Positions 36,566-45,957 of a stretch of DNA of 52,264 nucleotides are shown piece by piece. The first letter of the stretch is position 1, and every line of letters begins with the position of its first letter. The translations under genes and the position numbers were made by a program. The notes beneath the pieces were generated by a model that worked only from the letters and a program-made list of their open reading frames with translations, did not search any database and was not told the origin of the DNA. Source of the DNA: Candidatus Tayloriibacteriota bacterium (lineage in GTDB: Bacteria; Patescibacteriota; Minisyncoccia; Phycocordibacterales; CAIRYW01); assembly GCA_028286725.1 (NCBI GenBank), contig JAQBQZ010000003.1, positions 1 to 52,264 of the forward strand, written 5' to 3'.

Positions 36566-37315
36566 ATGAAACAAGCAAAATTAAGATTACAACGTTTTCT
36601 TTTAGCATCAATTACTGTAAACGAAATTTTCCTTGCTTGCTCTTTGGCTATAGCAAGTATTTTTTATGAATGGTTCAGAAATTTTTATATACCAAATTTA
36701 AATTTCCATGATATTGAAGGTTTTATTATGGGACTAGTTGGCGTTACCCTTGTAGTTTGGCTATTTTTTGTAACCCCTCTTTATTACAGTGGGAAATTAG
36801 TATTCAAAAGTGACCAATCGGTACTGATATCTAAATTTGAATTGTTTATGATGAGTATTTGGGGAACGATTTGGCTAGTATTTATGATCCCCATCAATTT
36901 TGTTACCCTGATTTCAAAACTTGGTAGCTTCGATATTGTAGGAGATCATCTATTTACTCTAAACATTCAATCCTCTTTTTTTGATTATTTTTCAATCGTC
37001 TATCTCTCGTTCTTTTTAATCAGATTATTTCTATTATTTTTCTTTTCCGCTTATCTTCATATTGAAAGATTATCCGCTGTACATATACCTACCAACAGAA
37101 CACTTTTTGCATTTGTAATATGCTATTCATTCTACGTTCTATTTCAGCAAGCATATTATGGAAGTGGTACAAATGGGTTTGCATTGGATTTTGCTTTCTC
37201 AATTTTTCAACCTGCGGTTATAGCATTTATGGCAGGAAGCTTCATTTTGCAAATTTATTATCTCTTTATTAACAAAGAATCATACATTCAAATTCAGGAT
37301 GTCCCCAAGCCCTAA
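36566..37315 (+). CDS. Hypothetical multi-TM membrane protein
   Basis: Very AT-rich, about 6 TM; start taken at MKQAK. Confidence 0.7.
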   Translation: MKQAKLRLQRFLLASITVNEIFLACSLAIASIFYEWFRNFYIPNLNFHDIEGFIMGLVGVTLVVWLFFVTPLYYSGKLVFKSDQSVLISKFELFMMSIWGTIWLVFMIPINFVTLISKLGSFDIVGDHLFTLNIQSSFFDYFSIVYLSFFLIRLFLLFFFSAYLHIERLSAVHIPTNRTLFAFVICYSFYVLFQQAYYGSGTNGFALDFAFSIFQPAVIAFMAGSFILQIYYLFINKESYIQIQDVPKP

Positions 37316-37377
37316 AGTTATTAGTAACTAAACATGATATACTTTTTGTAAGAATCTATTATTAAATTTATTTTATT

Positions 37378-37818
37378 ATGAAAAAATCTTTTATTATTGT
37401 GGTTATAATTGCCATTCTTGTGTTGGTTGTGCTTATTGTTTTGAACCAATCAAAATCAACTCTTAATACAAAAGTTGTTGAAGCAAGAACAAATGCAGTC
37501 CATGCAGGACTAAATGCCTTTGTGGCTGGAACAATGGCTGATTTGGCTAAATACGATGGTGATGCTAAAAATACTATCCCATTTGACCAGAATCCTACCA
37601 TAAAGCAAGGATTAGAAGTGAAGCTTGCGGCAATAAAAGATAAAGATGGGGGAGATTTTTCTTACAAGATATATGATGAATCCGATGCATCAGTAAAAGC
37701 ATCTGACGCATCTAGAGGAATTTATGTTTGTTTTGATACTAAAACAATCAAACCAACAGATATACCAGCGGATAGTTTTAACAACCCTACGGATTGTGCT
37801 GGTGGTTCATTAAAATAA
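37378..37818 (+). CDS. Type IV pilin-like protein lacking canonical G|FxxxE
   Basis: MKKSF + hydrophobic helix + amphipathic continuation; C-terminal Cys pair (YVCFD...TDC). Confidence 0.5.
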   Translation: MKKSFIIVVIIAILVLVVLIVLNQSKSTLNTKVVEARTNAVHAGLNAFVAGTMADLAKYDGDAKNTIPFDQNPTIKQGLEVKLAAIKDKDGGDFSYKIYDESDASVKASDASRGIYVCFDTKTIKPTDIPADSFNNPTDCAGGSLK

Positions 37819-37833
37819 TAATCAAATAAAAAT

Positions 37834-38241
37834 ATGAAAGAAAAAAAAGTATCACCAGATTGGTATATAGCAGCGACACACTGGTTGACAGCAGGTTTTG
37901 TAGTACCATTTCTTTTGGCATTAGTCCTAGGTATTCCTCTAGCAATTATTTTAGGTAAAGACAATATTACTTTATTAAGTCTATCATTTGTAGTTATTAA
38001 TGTTTTAAGTGTTTGGCTGGGAGTGATGTATTCAGCAAAATATCTAGCTAAGACATACATCATTAAAGACTCAAATCAAATTGCAATTCTCGCTACGGTC
38101 TTTCTTGTTTTGGTTGGAGGAGGATTTAGGGTTCACACATTCATGCAGACAGGGGTTTTTGCTTATGAATATATTGGATTCATAATCGGTATTTTTGTTT
38201 TCTATTTTACAAGTAAGATATATATAAAAAATTCGCACTAG
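37834..38241 (+). CDS. Hypothetical four-TM membrane protein
   Basis: 135 aa, four hydrophobic segments. Confidence 0.7.
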   Translation: MKEKKVSPDWYIAATHWLTAGFVVPFLLALVLGIPLAIILGKDNITLLSLSFVVINVLSVWLGVMYSAKYLAKTYIIKDSNQIAILATVFLVLVGGGFRVHTFMQTGVFAYEYIGFIIGIFVFYFTSKIYIKNSH

Positions 38242-38298
38242 TAGTCTGGTCTGGTATATTAATACTTTTGTAGCATACTATTAAAATAAATAACAGGT

Positions 38299-39201
38299 GT
38301 GTCCTATATCATAAACCCTCTCCACTCCCAAATCTCTCAGCTCCTCAATAAAGAAATCACCCTATTCACTCTAAAAGGCAAGGGTGCGGTAAATAATGCA
38401 TATTATATTGAAACAAGTGACAGTAGAAAATATATTGTAAAACAAGAGCGAGATATAAAAGAATTTGAACCACAAAATGACCTCTTCACAGAAGCAAAAA
38501 TTATAGAATATCTACATGATAAAGATCTCGGAGTCTCAATACCAAAAGTAATCTTCAAATCTGATTCACCACAGATGTATTGCTACGAATACATTGAAGG
38601 AGAGATGCTCATTAATGTTTGGCCAAATCTATCTGAAGAGGAAAAAATATCAATATGTGAAAGTTTAGGAATATTTCATGCACGAATAGGGAAGGTTATT
38701 GATAAAACTGAAGCTCTGGCTTTGGGAATGAAAATAGACGAATCTGTCGGACTCCATCTTGAAGTAGAAAAGGAATATTTGATGCTGCTTGCAGACCCAG
38801 AAGTTCCAGAAGAATACAAATCACTCGCAAAACATACGAAGGAAATTTTTGATACTACATTGGATGATGTAATTTTTCAGTGCGTCCATAACGACGCACA
38901 TCACGAAAATATTTTAATTAAAGAAAACCGGATCTCTGGAATAATAGATTTTGGTAATACTGAATACGGAGAAGTTGCGCGTGAATTTTCTCGATATATC
39001 AGAGATTTCCCAGATCATTTTGAATATATTATTTCTTTATATGAAAAGGTGTCTGATAATATGCTTTCGAGAAAGAGAGTTATAAGTAATGCATTTTTGT
39101 CCGGCTTTGCTGAAATTGTTGAGGATTATAAGAAAGGGGACTCAAATAGAGAAAAAGCTGAGATTATGATTAAGAAATATAGGGAATTGTTGCAATTCTA
39201 G
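38299..39201 (+). CDS. Aminoglycoside phosphotransferase/choline kinase-like (APH family)
   Basis: G-rich loop GKGAVN, YIVK, HNDAHHENILI (Brenner HxD), GIIDFG. Confidence 0.85.
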   Translation: MSYIINPLHSQISQLLNKEITLFTLKGKGAVNNAYYIETSDSRKYIVKQERDIKEFEPQNDLFTEAKIIEYLHDKDLGVSIPKVIFKSDSPQMYCYEYIEGEMLINVWPNLSEEEKISICESLGIFHARIGKVIDKTEALALGMKIDESVGLHLEVEKEYLMLLADPEVPEEYKSLAKHTKEIFDTTLDDVIFQCVHNDAHHENILIKENRISGIIDFGNTEYGEVAREFSRYIRDFPDHFEYIISLYEKVSDNMLSRKRVISNAFLSGFAEIVEDYKKGDSNREKAEIMIKKYRELLQF

Positions 39202-39252
39202 CCTTGTTTTTCTCCTGTAATATCCCTCAACCTCCTTCGTCTTCTAATATAT

Positions 39253-39573
39253 ATGAAAAAATATACAATCATTTTGGCCTTATCTTTATTCGCTTTTATT
39301 GGGGTATCTAATGTATTTGCTGGTGGTGGATTTGAGCCTCAGAATCTTAATCCTGATGGGACTTTGAAAACTACTACCTATGTTAATACTGTGGCTACCA
39401 CTAGTCCTGTAAGCTATTCTGATGCTGTGGATACAAGTCAGACCGCATCTGCTAGTAGTGCCTTGGATGTATTCAAGACACCAACAGGGATTACACTTAC
39501 ACTTTTAGTGCTCCTTGTACTCATCGGGCTTGTTTATCTCTCTTACAAGCAAAGCACACCGAAAAACTACTAA
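39253..39573 (+). CDS. Secreted/membrane-anchored hypothetical protein
   Basis: Signal peptide, Ser/Thr-rich linker, C-terminal TM. Confidence 0.7.
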   Translation: MKKYTIILALSLFAFIGVSNVFAGGGFEPQNLNPDGTLKTTTYVNTVATTSPVSYSDAVDTSQTASASSALDVFKTPTGITLTLLVLLVLIGLVYLSYKQSTPKNY

Positions 39574-39650
39574 TATATTCAAAAATTGTAGAAATACTAA
39601 AAACTCCCAATTAATCGGGAGTTTTTAGTATTTTGTGCTAGTATGGATAA

Positions 39651-40550
39651 ATGCAAAAACCAAACTCACAAAATCAAAAACCTACACCAAAGGTCCACCG
39701 AAAAGGCCTAAGCCAGCGAGGTGTCTTTATTCAAAAAGAACGAGATCAAGTTAAGCGAGAAGAAAAGAAAGTGGTCAAAGAGACTTCATGGGGCAAGGAG
39801 GCAAAATGGTACGACAAGATGCTCGAGGAAAATACTGATACCTATCAGTCTAAGGTCATACTTCCAAATATCGTTCGAATACTTGATCCAAAGCCAGGAG
39901 AGGTGGTGGTTGAGCTTGGATGCGGACAAGGATTCTTCTCACGAGTGATCGCAAAGTCCGGAGCAAAGGTCATCGGGATCGATATCGGTAAAGAACTTGT
40001 AGAGATCGCTGAAGAGAGGGCAAGCAAAGACGGACTCACTGGCAAAAATATTTCTTTTTATACAGCTTCTGCTGACAATGCAAAAGTGGTAGCGACTCGC
40101 TCTGCAGATGCGGTGCTCATTATTTTGGCACTCCAAAATATGAAAAATCTCGCAGGTGTTGTGACTGAAGTAAAAAGAATTCTAAAACAAGATGGCAGAG
40201 CGATATTGGTTTTGAATCATCCAGCATTTCGAGTGATCAAAAATTCTGATTGGGGATTTGATGAAGAGACAAAAACACAATATAGAAAAGTTTCAAAATA
40301 TCTTTCTCAGTTTGAAGTTGATATCGACATGCATCCAGGAGACAAGAAAATAAACACAACGACAAAATCTTTCCACCGATCACTCCAGGATTATATGAAA
40401 GCGTTTTCAAAAGAAGGTCTCGCAATTGTTCGAATTGAAGAATGGATATCTCACAAAGAAAGTCAGAAGGGCCCACGACAGCAAGCGGAGGATACTGCTC
40501 GAAAGGAAATCCCAATGTTTATGTGTATTGAGCTCAAAAGTTTGAAATAA
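39651..40550 (+). CDS. Class I SAM-dependent methyltransferase
   Basis: VVELGCGQG, VIGIDI, ADAVLIILALQNM, ILKQDGRAILV. Confidence 0.9.
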   Translation: MQKPNSQNQKPTPKVHRKGLSQRGVFIQKERDQVKREEKKVVKETSWGKEAKWYDKMLEENTDTYQSKVILPNIVRILDPKPGEVVVELGCGQGFFSRVIAKSGAKVIGIDIGKELVEIAEERASKDGLTGKNISFYTASADNAKVVATRSADAVLIILALQNMKNLAGVVTEVKRILKQDGRAILVLNHPAFRVIKNSDWGFDEETKTQYRKVSKYLSQFEVDIDMHPGDKKINTTTKSFHRSLQDYMKAFSKEGLAIVRIEEWISHKESQKGPRQQAEDTARKEIPMFMCIELKSLK

Positions 40551-40621
40551 AAAATAAATATCAAAACGCCCAGGTCTTGCGACTTGGGCGTTTTTGGTTG
40601 GTGAATTCTTGAATGTTGCCA

Positions 40622-40780
40622 TCAGGCAAAATTTTTTGAACTCATTGGGTTGTTGAAAAATCTGTCCACGACATAGATCACCGAAAACCCGATGATAAAG
40701 AGTAGAGAGATTCCCAGAAGAACTACTGGAGCGAGGATTGGCAGTAATGGTACTGCTAGCAGTGTGAGGATGTGTTTCAT
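40622..40780 (-). CDS. Small membrane protein, 52 aa (MKHILTLLAVPLLPILAPVVLLGISLLFIIGFSVIYVVDRFFNNPMSSKNFA)
   Basis: Translated by hand; long hydrophobic stretch. Confidence 0.55.
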   Translation of the reverse strand: MKHILTLLAVPLLPILAPVVLLGISLLFIIGFSVIYVVDRFFNNPMSSKNFA

Positions 40781-40892
40781 AAGATTGTGTCCCGACCTTA
40801 TTCAACATATCATCATTTTATTTGAGTGTAAACATAATTGAGTGCGTATGTGAAAAAAATAAAAAACCAAAGTCTCGAATGAGACTTTGGTG

Positions 40893-41108
40893 TCAGTAGA
40901 GTATTTTGAGTACTCCACCTTTAGGTTTTGAAATCCAGGACTTTCTTTTGGATGGCTCGCTCGGAGAGTGGTATAAACCAATCGTAATGATCGCTGTCTC
41001 AAATGCAAACTCGGACATTGGTATAGCTATCCAAAAGAAAGCATACCAAACACAAAGACCTATAAAAACAAAGAGGGAAATGAGCAGACTAATAAAGATC
41101 TCTTTCAT
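40893..41108 (-). CDS. Small membrane protein
   Basis: 71 aa, hydrophobic N-terminal half; hairpin CCAAAGTCTC/GAGACTTTGG downstream. Confidence 0.45.
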   Translation of the reverse strand: MKEIFISLLISLFVFIGLCVWYAFFWIAIPMSEFAFETAIITIGLYHSPSEPSKRKSWISKPKGGVLKILY

Positions 41109-41140
41109 GATGCTAAAGATATACTACAACTAAAGGGCTC

Positions 41141-41185
41141 AAAGTAAAACAGCACCGAGGCGTAGCCTCGGTGCTGTTTTACTTT
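41141..41185. repeat. GCACCGAGGC-type palindrome / terminator of the HIT gene
   Basis: AAAGTAAAACAGCACCGAGGC-GTA-GCCTCGGTGCTGTTTTACTTT. Confidence 0.8.
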
Positions 41186-41189
41186 GAAT

Positions 41190-41552
41190 TTATTTATCTT
41201 TGAGTGTCAGAAGATGGAAATGTACATGAGCCGGAATACTGATTTTTGTAATTCCTTCAAGTATGTATTGATAATTCCTTTCTTTACAATATATTGTCTT
41301 CAACTCCTCTAATTCATCTCTTTCTTGATGTGTCATTTCTGTTCCGATCATGTGGCGTTTTGGGTAGATCATATGATGTATCTCTGCCACCTCATCATAT
41401 GGAAAGTTGTTTTCTATAATCCGGAAATTATCAAACTCAGCAATGATGGTCTGTTTATCTAGATCACAAAAGAAACATGAGTTATTGTTCAAACCTGATT
41501 TCATTACATCAATATATTTTTGCTCTCCTTCTTTGGTTCGTAGTGTCCGCAT
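41190..41552 (-). CDS. HIT-family hydrolase
   Basis: CFFC, NNFPY, HHMIYPKRH, HVHFHLL. Confidence 0.8.
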   Translation of the reverse strand: MRTLRTKEGEQKYIDVMKSGLNNNSCFFCDLDKQTIIAEFDNFRIIENNFPYDEVAEIHHMIYPKRHMIGTEMTHQERDELEELKTIYCKERNYQYILEGITKISIPAHVHFHLLTLKDK

Positions 41553-41555
41553 CGT

Positions 41556-42005
41556 TTAAGCAAAAAGTGATTCTACAACTTCCTTCACATCATTGCCATC
41601 TGCAGTCCCTTTGAATTCTTTCATGACAGCGCCTGTGAGGATTCCCACTTTTGCTTTATCTGTGATACCGAGCTCAGCTTTTTTGGCTTCAGCTACTTTC
41701 TTGATATCTTCTTTGCTTGCTCCTTTTGGAATCAAAGTCTCTATGATCATGAGTTCTGCCATTTCACTATCTGCAAGTTCTGGTCGGCCGCCTTTTTGGA
41801 ATTGATCGATACTATCTTTTCGCTGCTTTGCGAGTCTCTTGAGTACAAGGAGACATTCATCATCTGATAGAGTGTCTTGCGGAGTTTTGCCTTTTGCCAT
41901 CACTTCGCTTGTAAATGCTGCAGAGATACCTCGATAGACATTGAGTGCTACTGCATCTTTAGCGATCATTGATTCTTTTATCTTTGCTTTGATTTGGTCG
42001 TTCAT
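41556..42005 (-). CDS. GatB/YqeY domain protein
   Basis: KQRKDSIDQFQKGGR.ELA..E..E, G.ADG..V. Confidence 0.9.
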   Translation of the reverse strand: MNDQIKAKIKESMIAKDAVALNVYRGISAAFTSEVMAKGKTPQDTLSDDECLLVLKRLAKQRKDSIDQFQKGGRPELADSEMAELMIIETLIPKGASKEDIKKVAEAKKAELGITDKAKVGILTGAVMKEFKGTADGNDVKEVVESLFA

Positions 42006-42067
42006 TGTGATTTTATTTAATATTTAATTATTTTGATTATAGCATATTTTATCCTATACTTAGGCCC

Positions 42068-43144
42068 ATGGAAACAACATCACTATTTCTTATAATCATT
42101 GCTATTTTAATCATTATTAACATTATTATTGTTATTTTGAATAGCAAAAAGAAGCCAAAGGACGACAACCATCTCGGCTTCAAACTGCTTCTCGAACAGA
42201 TGAATACGCTTTCAAGGGTAGTAGATGAAAAGATGAGTGACTCTAACTCAAAAATGCAGGATACAATGAGGAATCAGTTCAGTGAGAGTGCAAAGATCAT
42301 TAAAGAAGTGACTCAAGGCCTTACAAAGCTCGATGAGACTAACAGACAGGTTGTATCATTTACAGATCAGCTCCAGAGCCTTCAGGATATTCTAAAGAAT
42401 CCAAAACAGCGAGGAATCTTGGGCGAGTATTATCTCGAGACACTTCTTAAGAATGTTTTACCACCTGGATCATACGAGATGCAGTTCAAACTAGGTAAAG
42501 ACGAGGAGGGGAGAGATCTCATTCCTGATGCGATTGTACGAGTGAAGGACAAGATCATCCCAATTGATTCAAAATTCAGCCTTGAAAATTACAACCGAAT
42601 CATCGAAGAGAAAAATGAAGTAGAAAAAGAAAAGCTTGAGAAGCTTTTTGTGAATGATCTTAAAAACAGAATTGTTGAAACATCAAAATACATCCAACCG
42701 TCAAAGGGAACAATGGATTTCGCAATGATGTTCATTCCACATGAATCAATCTATTACGACTTAATCATCAACAAAATAGGGGCTTTGAAGGATGACAACG
42801 AAAACCTCATTCAGCGTGCGGCGAGCAAGTATCATGTGATCATCGTTTCTCCAACATCATTCCTGGCATACCTCCAGACGATTCTACAAGGGCTCAAAGC
42901 GATGCAGATCGAAGAACAGGCCAAAGATATCATCAAGAGAGTGGGCGAACTTGTCACACATCTCAAAAAATACGGAGAATCGCATGAGAAGTTGGGTTCA
43001 AGCCTTTCAACTGTGGTCAATCATTTCAACATGTCATCAAAGGAATTCAAAAAGATCGATAAGGATGTGATCCGAATTACTGAAAAGGAGGAGTCAATAG
43101 ACTTCGAAGTGACTCTCATTGAAAAGCCGGAAGAGCAAGAATAA
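42068..43144 (+). CDS. rmuC: DNA recombination protein RmuC family
   Basis: RGILGE..LE.LL, PDAIV, IPIDSKF, DFAMMFIP.E, VSPTSFLA.L. Confidence 0.92.
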   Translation: METTSLFLIIIAILIIINIIIVILNSKKKPKDDNHLGFKLLLEQMNTLSRVVDEKMSDSNSKMQDTMRNQFSESAKIIKEVTQGLTKLDETNRQVVSFTDQLQSLQDILKNPKQRGILGEYYLETLLKNVLPPGSYEMQFKLGKDEEGRDLIPDAIVRVKDKIIPIDSKFSLENYNRIIEEKNEVEKEKLEKLFVNDLKNRIVETSKYIQPSKGTMDFAMMFIPHESIYYDLIINKIGALKDDNENLIQRAASKYHVIIVSPTSFLAYLQTILQGLKAMQIEEQAKDIIKRVGELVTHLKKYGESHEKLGSSLSTVVNHFNMSSKEFKKIDKDVIRITEKEESIDFEVTLIEKPEEQE

Positions 43145-43149
43145 AACAA

Positions 43150-43593
43150 ATGAAGATTCTCTTTGTTTGTAAAAGAAACGAGTTTCGGTCACCTATTGCT
43201 GAGGCAATAGCTTCTAAGATATTGGGCAAAGAGAATGTTTGTTCAGCGGGTACTTTTACTAGAGCTCAAGATAACACCGAAGCTTTAAAACTTACAGATA
43301 GGGAACATCAAAAGATATATTGTAAATTTATTGAGGACCAAGGGTATGAAGAGTTTGGAGAATATCGACCAAAAAAGGTAACCAATGGGATGATAAATTG
43401 GGCAGACATTGTTGTGGATATGATGGAAAGTGAATATGATCTAGAAATGGTCAGGCTTAATCCAAAGACGATAAAATGGGAAATTGAAAATCCAAATTTT
43501 AAAAACCTAAACGAAATTGATGGGTATAAAAAGGCGGAAGAAATATATAACATATTAAAGAAAAACATAATCGATCTCATAAATGCAAAATAA
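43150..43593 (+). CDS. LMW phosphotyrosine phosphatase/ArsC-like protein (paralog 1)
   Basis: ILFVCKRNEFRSPIAEA (CX5R), SAGT, WADIVVDM. Confidence 0.85.
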   Translation: MKILFVCKRNEFRSPIAEAIASKILGKENVCSAGTFTRAQDNTEALKLTDREHQKIYCKFIEDQGYEEFGEYRPKKVTNGMINWADIVVDMMESEYDLEMVRLNPKTIKWEIENPNFKNLNEIDGYKKAEEIYNILKKNIIDLINAK

Positions 43594-44050
43594 ATATCCT
43601 AAAATTTTATTCGTCTGCAAGGGAAATATGTACCGCTCTCAGATGGCAGAAGCAATCGCTGCGAAAATCATTGGTAAAGAAAATGTAAAATCCGCAGGAA
43701 CATATACCGGAGCAGCAGATGAGCCAGAGGGATTGGTTCTTAAGGATTTGTCTACAATATTCAAAACGGGGTATGAAAACTTCGATAAGTTTCTTCTTTT
43801 TATGAAAGAAAGAGGGTGTGATATTGGAGAAAATAAGACAAAGAAAGTAACAGAAGATCTAGTCGATTGGGCTGACATCGTCATAGATATGGCTGAAGAT
43901 CCATATGATTTAGAATTGCTCCAAAACTCCAAAAAAGTCACCCGCTTCGAAATACCAAATGACGGCACTAAATGTGCTCTAAACTATGAAAACGAGCATA
44001 TTTATATTGAGAAATTGATCAATTCTCATGATTCCATAAAAGCCCTATAA
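43583..44050 (+). CDS. LMW phosphotyrosine phosphatase/ArsC-like protein (paralog 2)
   Basis: ILFVCKGNMYRSQMAEA (CX5R), SAGT, WADIVIDM. Confidence 0.85.
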   Translation: MQNKYPKILFVCKGNMYRSQMAEAIAAKIIGKENVKSAGTYTGAADEPEGLVLKDLSTIFKTGYENFDKFLLFMKERGCDIGENKTKKVTEDLVDWADIVIDMAEDPYDLELLQNSKKVTRFEIPNDGTKCALNYENEHIYIEKLINSHDSIKAL

Positions 44051-44090
44051 AAACTTGCATTTTTCCTGATTATTTCGTATTATACTCTCT

Positions 44091-44453
44091 ATGCCAACAA
44101 AAACAGCAAAAACAACTGAAAAAACAGCAGAATCTACTGAATTCGCAGTCATCGCAACGGGTGGCAAGCAGTATAAGGTTTCTGTTGGAGAATCTATCAA
44201 AATTGAGAAAATCATTGGGGATTACAAAGAAGGTGACAAGATCACTTTCGACAAAGTGCTCCTTGTAGATGATGGCTCAAACACTACTATCGGAACTCCT
44301 AACATTGAAGGTGCAAAAGTTGAAGCAACTCTTGAAGAGATCGGACGACACGCAAAAGTCACTATCATCAAATACAAACAGAAGAGTAGATACTTTAAGA
44401 AAAACGGACATCGACAGCCATTCTTTAAGGTAAAGGTTACAGCAATCGTATAA
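44091..44453 (+). CDS. rplU: 50S ribosomal protein L21
   Basis: FAVIATGGKQYKV, KYKQKSRY.KKNGHRQ. Confidence 0.97.
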   Translation: MPTKTAKTTEKTAESTEFAVIATGGKQYKVSVGESIKIEKIIGDYKEGDKITFDKVLLVDDGSNTTIGTPNIEGAKVEATLEEIGRHAKVTIIKYKQKSRYFKKNGHRQPFFKVKVTAIV

Positions 44454-44466
44454 ATATACAATTAAA

Positions 44467-44500
44467 CAAAAAGCACCGAGGCACTCCTCGGTGCTTTTTG
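44467..44500. repeat. GCACCGAGG-type palindrome / rplU terminator
   Basis: CAAAAAGCACCGAGG-CACT-CCTCGGTGCTTTTTG. Confidence 0.8.
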
Positions 44501-44575
44501 TTTATCCCCATTTAGCCCACAGGGTTGTGAGACCTGGAAGACTTGTCATTTCTTTCGGTGTGCTAAAATAATCTT

Positions 44576-45946
44576 ATGCAACAAAAGACTCAAAAAAATA
44601 TGCGGATCCCGCCGCAGCACCTCGAAAGTGAGATGGCACTGCTTGGTGGAATTCTCCGTTCTGCTGATGCAATCTATGAAGTGACGGATATTGTCACTAT
44701 GGATACATTCTATGCAGACAAACATAAAGCGATATATGAAACAATGCTTGAACTAAATGCTCGAGGCGAACCAATCGATATTGTTACAATGTCAGGAAAG
44801 CTTGCGGACAAATCTCTTCTCGAAAAGATAGGGGGACGAACATATCTTGGAGAACTCATCTCAAGTATTCCTCCTGCGTCAAACATTCGTCACTATGCAG
44901 AGCTCGTCAAAAAGAAGCATACACTTCGAAGACTCATTTCTTCTGCGGAACACATCAGTGAGCTTGGATACGATGAGAATCGTGACACCGATGAGCTTTT
45001 GGATATTGCAGAAAAAGAAATCTTTGATATCAGCAACTCTTCAAACGTTGCACGATTTATTCCTGTTGGAGCAACACTCGATGAAGCGTGGGACAGACTT
45101 GAAAGACTTCATCAATCAAAAGATGAACTTCGTGGAGTACCAACAGGATTCAAAGATCTTGATGCAATGCTTTCAGGATTCCAAAAGTCTGACCTCATCA
45201 TTCTCGCTGCGCGACCTTCGATGGGTAAGACGGCACTCGCTTTGGATATTGCGCGACAAGCTGCGCTCAATCATGGAATTTCAGTAGGAATATTTTCTTT
45301 GGAAATGAGTTCTCAGCAACTCGTTGATCGTATGCTCTCGGCTGACTCACAGGTGAATGCGTGGAAGCTTCGAACAGGAAAACTGTCTATTGAACAGGAC
45401 TTCGAAAAACTTCGACATTCTATCGACAGACTTTCAAAGGCGCCAATCTATATTGATGATCAGCCAGGAAACAACATTTTGAAAATGCGATCTGTTGCAC
45501 GAAAATTGAAGATCGAAAAAGGTCTTGGAATGATCGTGGTGGACTACCTCCAGCTCATTACTCCAACAGGAAACGGTAAGAGCGACAACGTGGTGCAGCA
45601 GGTGACAGAGATTTCACGAGCCTTGAAACAACTCGCTCGAGAACTCGAAGTGCCTGTGCTCGCACTCTCACAGCTTTCTCGAGATGTTGAAAAGCGAGGT
45701 GGATCAGGACGACCAAAACTTTCTGACCTTCGAGATTCAGGATCTATTGAGCAGGATGCGGATGTGGTGATGTTCATTCATCGTGAGGACAAATATCGTG
45801 AAGATTCTGACAAGCAAAACATTGCACAGATACATATCGACAAACACAGAAACGGACCCGTGGGATCAATCGAGCTTTACTTTGACGGAGAGAAGACAAC
45901 GTTCCTTAGTATTGATAAAAATACCGTTAATAATGATGGATTTTAA
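44576..45946 (+). CDS. dnaB: Replicative DNA helicase
   Basis: AARPSMGKT, FSLEM, VVDYLQL, ALSQLSR, DLRDSGSIEQDAD, KHRNGP; no intein seen. Confidence 0.98.
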   Translation: MQQKTQKNMRIPPQHLESEMALLGGILRSADAIYEVTDIVTMDTFYADKHKAIYETMLELNARGEPIDIVTMSGKLADKSLLEKIGGRTYLGELISSIPPASNIRHYAELVKKKHTLRRLISSAEHISELGYDENRDTDELLDIAEKEIFDISNSSNVARFIPVGATLDEAWDRLERLHQSKDELRGVPTGFKDLDAMLSGFQKSDLIILAARPSMGKTALALDIARQAALNHGISVGIFSLEMSSQQLVDRMLSADSQVNAWKLRTGKLSIEQDFEKLRHSIDRLSKAPIYIDDQPGNNILKMRSVARKLKIEKGLGMIVVDYLQLITPTGNGKSDNVVQQVTEISRALKQLARELEVPVLALSQLSRDVEKRGGSGRPKLSDLRDSGSIEQDADVVMFIHREDKYREDSDKQNIAQIHIDKHRNGPVGSIELYFDGEKTTFLSIDKNTVNNDGF

Positions 45947-45957
45947 TCGGAGCGACC

